Of a stretch of 64,000 nucleotides of DNA, positions 57,330 to 64,000 are shown piece by piece. Under the pieces are notes generated by a model. The model did not search any database. It saw nothing but the letters and a program-made list of their open reading frames with translations, and was not told the origin of the DNA. Source of the stretch: an uncultured Gemmatimonadaceae bacterium (lineage in GTDB: Bacteria; Gemmatimonadota; Gemmatimonadetes; Gemmatimonadales; Gemmatimonadaceae); assembly GCA_963790305.1 (NCBI GenBank), contig CAWBOC010000013.1:160001-224000 (forward strand), given 5' to 3'. Every line of letters begins with the position of its first letter. Within the stretch, counting starts at the first letter, position 1. A program made the translations under genes and the position numbers.

Positions 57330-59399
57330 CGAGACCTCGCATTGATAGCCGGGGATGCCGTCCTCGCCGTCGTCATCGCTTCCGCCATAGTCGAAGCGCC
57401 GCTCGAGCTCGCCGATCGGCTGCAGCCGGCCCCGCCGGTCGACGGTGAGGAAGCTCAGGTCCGAGGCACTGCTGCGCCAGGCCGCCCGGCTGCTCGCCGT
57501 CTTCGCGGCTGACGGTCGGCAGGCCCATCACGCCGTTGCCGTCGCGCCTCGATCAGGCTGTTGAAGGCGTGGCTGCGGCCCTCGCTCTCGTAGCGCTGCT
57601 CGAGCCGCACCGACGAGGCGATGCGGGGCAGCCGGTCGAGGTCGATCAGGGTCACCATCAGCCCGTCCAAGTCGCGATAGCCGGTCAGGACGATGTCGCT
57701 GCCCGCCTGCTCGGCGCGGATCACGGTGTGGCTGACGCGGAAGCGCGCGCACGTCCTGCGGCCGGTCGACCGGCACGACATAGGCGGGCGGCATCGCATT
57801 TTCCGCAAGGCCGCGCCGGTAGCGGCCGAGGCTGCCATAGACGAGGTAGCGGTCGGTGAAGCGGTTGGCGATGATAGTGCGACTTGACGCCGGGCAGCGG
57901 CGTGTAGCGGTCGTGCGCCACCTCGCGGACGGTCGGGCCGAAGCTGGTCAGCGGAATGTCGAGATAGGCGAGCCGCGCCTCGGTACTCGCGCTCGTTGTT
58001 GCAATAACGCGGCCGGTCCTTGAGCAAAGCGCGGAAGCGGCCGCCGCGCGAATGGAGCGAGAATTGGTCGGGCGGCACGCCGCGCGCGCCGATCAGCCCC
58101 GGCGCGGCGCCGTCGACCGGCACGCGGTAGAGCAAAGCCGGCTCGTAGGTCGTCTCGAAGGTCGGCGGGCGCGTCGCAGGCCTGGCGAATCGTAGGATTG
58201 GTATTCGCGCGACACCGTCCACAGGAAGGCGTCGCTCTCGGTCACATACCATTGCGACGGTGTTCGGGCCGACGAAGGCGGTGGTGCGGCATTCGAGGTC
58301 GCGGTCCGCGCCGACCGCGCCGAGCGGGCAGACCGAGACGGTGTGGACGGTCGGATCGTCGAGCGGCGCGGACCGGGCGGTAGATCTCGGCCGCGTCGAA
58401 CAGGGGCCGGCTGCGGCGATCGATGTCGACCTCGGCGTTCCTCGTCGGAACGCCAGCGGCGCACGACCGGCCAGCTGAACGCTGGCGCCGGTCATGTCCG
58501 CGACACGTCGAACGGCGTGTAGATGACCAGATTGTCGCCGATCAGCCGCGTCGCGTAATTGCTCGAGCTGTAATAATCGTTGGACGACATGTAGAAGACG
58601 CCCTCGCGGCGCAGCCGGCCGTCGCCGTGTCGAGCCGGAACACCGACAATTCGGTGGCGTCGCTGGCGGTAGGAATAGCCGGTGATCAGCACGCGGTCGC
58701 CGAACACCAGCATCTCGTCATACCACATGTCGCTCGCCCGGGTCGCGATAGACGTTGGTCCGGTCGGCGAGCGCGAGCCGGCGGCCGCTGCCGCCGCGCG
58801 TGTCGACCACGAAGATGCGGCCGTCCTGCAGGACCAGCAGGAACTGGTTGATCTGCTTGACGATGTCGCCTTCCTCGACGTTGCGCATCTGGTTGTTGGT
58901 GATCTGGCCGTTGGTCGCCGGGGTGACCGAGACCGCGCGGTTGGTCGGCGCCGGGATGCGGCTGCCGGTGACGATGACATTGCCCTCGTCGCTCGTCCCC
59001 GACTGCGGCCGCGCATTGCGGATCGCTGTCGGGGCAGATCGGCTCGACCGCGTCGGATTGGACGTCGCCGGTTTCGCGCCTGGGCGAACTGGATGTGGCC
59101 GGAGCCGGCGTACCAGCCCCGGCGCGCCCGGTTCGCGGCCAGCACCGCGCCGAGATAGCGGCGGAACTCGTCCTCGCTGGCGAAGCGGGTCAGGGTCGGG
59201 GTTGTCGAACGCGGCCAGGGCCGCGTCGGCCGCCTCGCGCTGGGCGGGCGTCGGACTGGTGCCAGGTCGGACGAGGCATCGGCTCTCCGACCTCCTGGAT
59301 CAGGTCGCCGTCATAGCCGGCGACGGTCCGCTGACCGGTTGCCGCGCCCGACAGCGCTGCCAAACATGCTGCGACAATTGCGTACCGTCCGAAGCCCAT
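57330..59399 (-). CDS. Secreted beta-propeller-domain protein, apparently 3'-truncated and frameshifted
   Basis: Signal peptide, GGAGGA RBS, TNNQMRNVEEGDIVK, WYDEML, SNDYYSSSNYATRL, ESEGRSHAFN. The reading frame appears to break off after GYQCEVS. Confidence 0.7.
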
Positions 59400-59759
59400 G
59401 GCCGTCCTCCCGCAAGTCGTGGAAGACTATCCCAAAACGGCCGAGAATCCTAGCCCGCGGCGGAGCCTTCGAGCGCCCTGGAGCGTGACTAACTCAGCGG
59501 GCCTCGATGGGGCCGCGACGCTCGCGCATCGCTCCCCTTCCGGCTTCATAACGTGGCGTGGACCGTGGCAACCGCCTTCATCCCGCCGCGATGCGGGCGG
59601 CGGCCTGGATCGTTTCGGCCTCGACGCCGTGCCTGGCGTGCTTTTCACGGCACTGGCTCGAGCGAGGGTTTCCGTTGCAAAGTGGATCAATCGCGGCGCT
59701 TCCTGCTGATGACAAGCGCCGTGGATCGGCCTATTCTGGCCGAGGGGGGAGTGTTGGCC

Positions 59760-61202
59760 ATGCCCTACACGACCGATTATCGTTTCGACCTGTTCGTCAG
59801 CTACGCCCATTTCGACAATGCGCCCGCGCTCGACGGCGTCCAGTGGGTGTCTGAACTTCACAATCATCTCCGCAGCGCGCTGCGGCAAAGGATCGGGCGC
59901 GGCGCCGACGATCTCAAAATCTTCTTCGATCCCATGCTGCGCGCCAACCAGCGGCTTCCGGAGCTTCTGGAAGCGGCGAAAAACTCCGCGATCTTCCTGG
60001 CGGTCGGCTCCCGCGCCTGGGTCAGCCGGGAGTTCACGCTGCGGGAGCTCGCGGCATTTTGCGACGCGAACCCGGACCCATCGCGGCTGTTCCTGGTCGA
60101 ATGCCTGCCGCTCCATCCCACTCTGGAGCATTATCCCAAGGCGCTCGAACAACATCTCCGGATCGAGCTCCATTCCAGCAGCGACGGCGGTCCGGCGATG
60201 CCGCTGTCGCCGATCGCCGACGCGGCGCGGTTCCGCGAGGGTGTCCATCGCCTGGCCGAACAGATTGGCGACCGCCTGATCCCGATGCGGAAAGGCGCGG
60301 CCGGTTTCCCGCCAAAGCCGAGAGCGCCGGCCGCCGCTGCCGCCGCACCGGCCCGGGCTATACCAGCCAAATGCGCGGTGCTGATCGCGCAGCCGACCGA
60401 CGACCTCGCCGACGAGGCGGCCCAGCTCGATCATTTCCTCCGGCAATTCGGCATTCCGACCCGTGTCGCCAGCCGCTTCCCGCAGGGCGGGCCCGACTTC
60501 ACCGATGCGTTCCAGCAGGACCTCGGCGACTGCGGCTTGATGGTGCAGCTGCTGGGCCCCTATGCCGGTCGCCGGCCCGACGACCTGCCGATCGGTTATA
60601 CCCATTTCCAGGCGCAGGCGGCGCAGGCGGGGAAGGTCGCGATCATGCAATGGCGGCGGCCGGACCTCGATCCGGCCAGCGTCGCCGACGAGGGCTATGC
60701 CTCGCTTCTCGAGGGGGACACGGTGACCTCCTCGACGCTCGAGGAATTCAAGGAAGCGGTAAAGGCCAGGGCGCTCGCCTGCGCGACCCCGCCCGGGCCG
60801 AGGAAGCCGTCCTCGCTGGTCTTCATCGATGCCGACATCAGCGACATCGCCATCGCCCGCACCATCCAGAAGGAGTTCGCCGCGCACAAATTCCCGGCCG
60901 CGCTGCCCAGCGGCGGGGAAACGTCGGAAGAGACGCGCGTCGAGCTCGAGGAATATTTCGTCGATTCGGACGTGATCATCTTCCTCTACGGATCGTCCAA
61001 GCCGACCTGGATCAACGGCCAGCTCAGGCTCTACACCAGGCTCCGGCACAAGCGGGAAACCGACCCGAGGCTGCTCGCCGTCTATACCGGGCCGCCGGAG
61101 AACAAGGAGGAGATCGGCTTCCTCATTCCGGACGCGCGCGAGCTCTATTGTTCCGAGAGCTGGAACCTGGAGCCGATCCGCCAGCTCATCCGTGGACAGA
61201 CG
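59760..61202 (+). CDS. Multi-TIR protein (N-terminal TIR plus two further TIR/flavodoxin-like alpha/beta domains)
   Basis: DLFVSYAHFDN, KIFFD, SAIFLAVGSRAWVSREFTLRELAAF, then AVLIA..TDDL and LVFIDAD..SDVIIFLYG. GAGGGGGGA RBS. No stop before manC. Confidence 0.78.
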
Positions 61203-62612
61203 ATGACGCGCATAACCCCCCTCATCATGTGCGGCGGCGCCGGCACGCGGCTTTGGCCGGCTTCCCGCCAGGCTGCCCCCAAGCAATTCATCAACCTCAT
61301 GGGGCCGCGCTCGACTTTTCAGGAGACGCTCGCGCGGACCACGGATCCTGACTTGTTCGACCCGCCGGTCGTGATCACGAATGCCGACTATCGCCACATG
61401 GTTGCGGACCAGGTCGCGGAACTCGGTCTGCAGGCCGACATTCTGCTGGAGCCCGTGCGGCGCGATTCAGGCCCGGCAATCGCAGCTGGAACTGCGTTCA
61501 TTGCCTCACGCCATCCGGACGCGCTTGTGTTGGTGCTTGCGGCGGATCATGTCGTCCTCGACGTCGACAGTTTTCGCGCCGCCGCCCGATCTGCGGCGCG
61601 CAGCGCCGGACGCGGCTCGCTCGTATGCTTTGGCGTGAAGCCCGACCGGCCCGCAACCGGCTATGGATATTTGAAGCCTGGGCCTGCAACCCAAGACGAC
61701 GGCGTGCGCGCCCTGGAGGGCTTTGTCGAAAAGCCGGACGCCGCGCGAGCTGAAACTTACGTCAAGTCTGGGTACCTGTGGAATTCGGGCAACTTCCTCT
61801 TTCGCGCCGACGCTCTTCTCGACGAGTACCGGAAATTCGACGCGGCGACGGTTGAGGCCGCGTCGAAAGCAGTTTCGCAAGCGGAACGGGACGGCGCGTT
61901 CCTATTTCTTGACGCCGAAAGCTTCAGCGGCGCGACGGCGCTCTCTATCGACTATGCCGTCATGGAGCGAACGAACAATTCGTGCGTCATCGCGGTCGCG
62001 ATGGGGTGGTCGGACGTCGGCACCTGGGACGCGGTGTGGGAGCTCTCGGCGAAAGACGCAGCTGGCAACGCTGCAAAAGGCGATGCGATCTTTCAGGACT
62101 CGGGAGGCAACTACGTTTCAGCTGAGAATCTCGTTTGCCTCGTCGGCGTCTCCAACCTAGGCGTCATTCAAACTCGCGACGCAACGCTGGTCTTCGACCG
62201 CTCCAAGGGCGAGTCCGTGCGCCAACTCGTGAAACACCTCGAAGGCGCGCATCGGTCCGAGGCGCTGGAGCACACCAAGGTGTTCCGACCTTGGGGTTCT
62301 TACGAGCGGCTGGACTTCGGCCCGCGCTATCAGGTCAAGCACATCGTCGTGAAGCCAGGCGGAAAACTGTCTCTTCAGAAGCATTTCCATCGCGCGGAGC
62401 ACTGGGTCGTCGTGCGCGGCACGGCTCTCATCACGATCGACGGCAAGCAATCGCAACTGAATGAGAACGAATTCCACCTACATTCCGCTCGGCGCTTTGC
62501 ACCGACTCGAAATCCGGGGAAGATCCCCCTTGAGCTGATCGAGGTTCAATCGGGATCGTATCTGGGCGAGGACGACATCGTCCGGTTTGACGACGTCTAC
62601 AAACGAACCTGA
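61203..62612 (+). CDS. manC: Mannose-1-phosphate guanylyltransferase / mannose-6-phosphate isomerase
   Basis: CGGAGTRLWPASR..PKQF, FVEKP, WNSG, SIDYAVME, WSDVGTW, RPWG, HRAEHWVVV, EVQSGSYLGEDDIVR. Confidence 0.95.
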   Translation: MTRITPLIMCGGAGTRLWPASRQAAPKQFINLMGPRSTFQETLARTTDPDLFDPPVVITNADYRHMVADQVAELGLQADILLEPVRRDSGPAIAAGTAFIASRHPDALVLVLAADHVVLDVDSFRAAARSAARSAGRGSLVCFGVKPDRPATGYGYLKPGPATQDDGVRALEGFVEKPDAARAETYVKSGYLWNSGNFLFRADALLDEYRKFDAATVEAASKAVSQAERDGAFLFLDAESFSGATALSIDYAVMERTNNSCVIAVAMGWSDVGTWDAVWELSAKDAAGNAAKGDAIFQDSGGNYVSAENLVCLVGVSNLGVIQTRDATLVFDRSKGESVRQLVKHLEGAHRSEALEHTKVFRPWGSYERLDFGPRYQVKHIVVKPGGKLSLQKHFHRAEHWVVVRGTALITIDGKQSQLNENEFHLHSARRFAPTRNPGKIPLELIEVQSGSYLGEDDIVRFDDVYKRT

Positions 62613-62677
62613 AGGCTGCTAGCCGAACGCGCGCGGCCCTTTACGGCTTTTACGGCTGAGCAGCGCAAGGAAGTGCG

Positions 62678-63681
62678 CTAGCCGTAATAGGACCGGTACC
62701 AGGCGGCAAACTTCGCAATCCCGTCCTCGATCGGCGTCGCGGGCTTGAAGCCGACGTCCTCGACCAGCGCATCGACATCGGCGTAGGTCTTCGGGACGTC
62801 GCCCGGCTGCAGCGGCAAGAAATTCTTCTTTGCCTCGCGGCCCAGCGCCTTCTCGATACACCCGATGAAGTACATGAGTTCGACGGGATTGTTGTTGCCG
62901 ATGTTGTAGATGCGGTAGGGCGCAAACGAGGCGCCAGGGTCGGGCGCGTCGGCCGTCCATTTCGGGTCTGGGGCCGCGACCTTGTCGGCGGTCCGCACGA
63001 CGCCCTCGACGATGTCGTCGATATACGTGAAATCGCGCGCGTGATGACCGTTGTTGAAGACGTCGATCGGCTCTCCCGCCAGAATCTTGCGCGTGAAAAT
63101 GAACAACGCCATGTCTGGGCGGCCCCACGGCCCGTAGACCGTGAAAAATCGCAATCCCGTCACCGGCAGCTGGAAAAGACTCGCGTAGGCGTGCGCCATC
63201 AGCTCGTTGGCTTTTTTCGTCGCGCCGTAAAGGCTCAACGGGTGATCAACATTGTGATGGACGCTGAACGGCATCGCCGTGTTCGCGCCGTAGACGGAAC
63301 TCGAAGAGGCGAAGACGAGATGCTGCACGCCATTGCGCCGGCAGCCTTCGAGAATGTTCTGCGTGCCGACGATGTTAGCGTCGATGTAAGCGTGCGGATT
63401 TTCGATTGAATAGCGAACGCCGGCTTGGGCCGCGAGGTGGATGACCTTGTCTGGCCGCTCCACCTTGAAGAGAGCCTCGATAGAAGGGCGATCGGCGATA
63501 TCCTGGCGAATGAACTTGAAGCCGTTTCGGCCGTTAGTCGGGCCAAGCGGGCGTCTTTCAGGCGCGGATCGTAGTAATTGTTGATGTTGTCGACGCCGAC
63601 GACCTCGTCGCCCCGATCGAGAAGATATTTCGCAGTATGGAAGCCGATGAAGCCAGCCGCGCCGGTGACCAGAAATCTCAT
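62678..63681 (-). CDS. NAD-dependent epimerase, UDP-glucuronate 4-epimerase-like (frameshift near 63530)
   Basis: [50 protein letters not shown]. Confidence 0.92.
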
Positions 63682-64000
63682 CTCAACGGGTCCATGTCGT
63701 TCGAATGGCGCCGCCGCACTCGCCCGAAGGCGGCCGCGAAGGGCGCTGCTTTGTCTGATAGGGGATGCAATTAGTCAAACGTCGCGTCGCGCCGTCTGCT
63801 ATCCGACCACTTTTGCACCGCCGGAACCCCGGCGGCCAGCGCGCGTTTGACCGGTTGGACCCGGACTCTGAAGGACCGATCTGCTGACGTTCGTCTTAAC
63901 GCCCCGTCAGGGCGCTTCTCGATCGCCGCTCGAAGGATCATTTGATGACGAAAAGTGTCACACGCCCGATGCAAGAGGCGGTTGACGATCGCGATTACAG

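Overview
This is GC-rich bacterial sequence with many single-base indels that break essential genes (accC, ftsK, alaS, cca). These look like uncorrected long-read errors rather than pseudogenes. Bases 1-30.4 kb are a core-genome tract whose gene content suggests Gemmatimonadota (inference): DUF4321, tatA, PPIase, TPR-aroQ-M24 peptidase-accB-pilT/U-accC-comB-ftsK, yraN-recA-recX-alaS, a GGGP-synthase-like gene, gmhA, asparaginase, cca, ZIP, rarA, LEA_2 and hflX. Bases 30.4-55.5 kb carry two surface-glycan clusters. The second is headed by a KOW-less RfaH/NusG-like gene and contains wzm/wzt, wbpA/B/D/I-like genes, asnB and a legB-like gene. After about 55.5 kb the sequence looks like a patchwork: a truncated NAD-dependent formate dehydrogenase, a Zn-ADH and a zf-TFIIB gene, then a 3'-truncated beta-propeller gene, then a multi-TIR gene reading in frame into manC, and an epimerase. 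The strongest unexplained signal is a non-palindromic octamer, CGTTAGGC. I counted 16 exact copies by eye in the first 47 kb (13 on +, 3 on -). They sit inside conserved genes in different reading frames, built from otherwise rare codons, which suggests a DNA-level signal (Chi/KOPS/uptake-like). No rRNA, tRNA, CRISPR array or transposase was seen.
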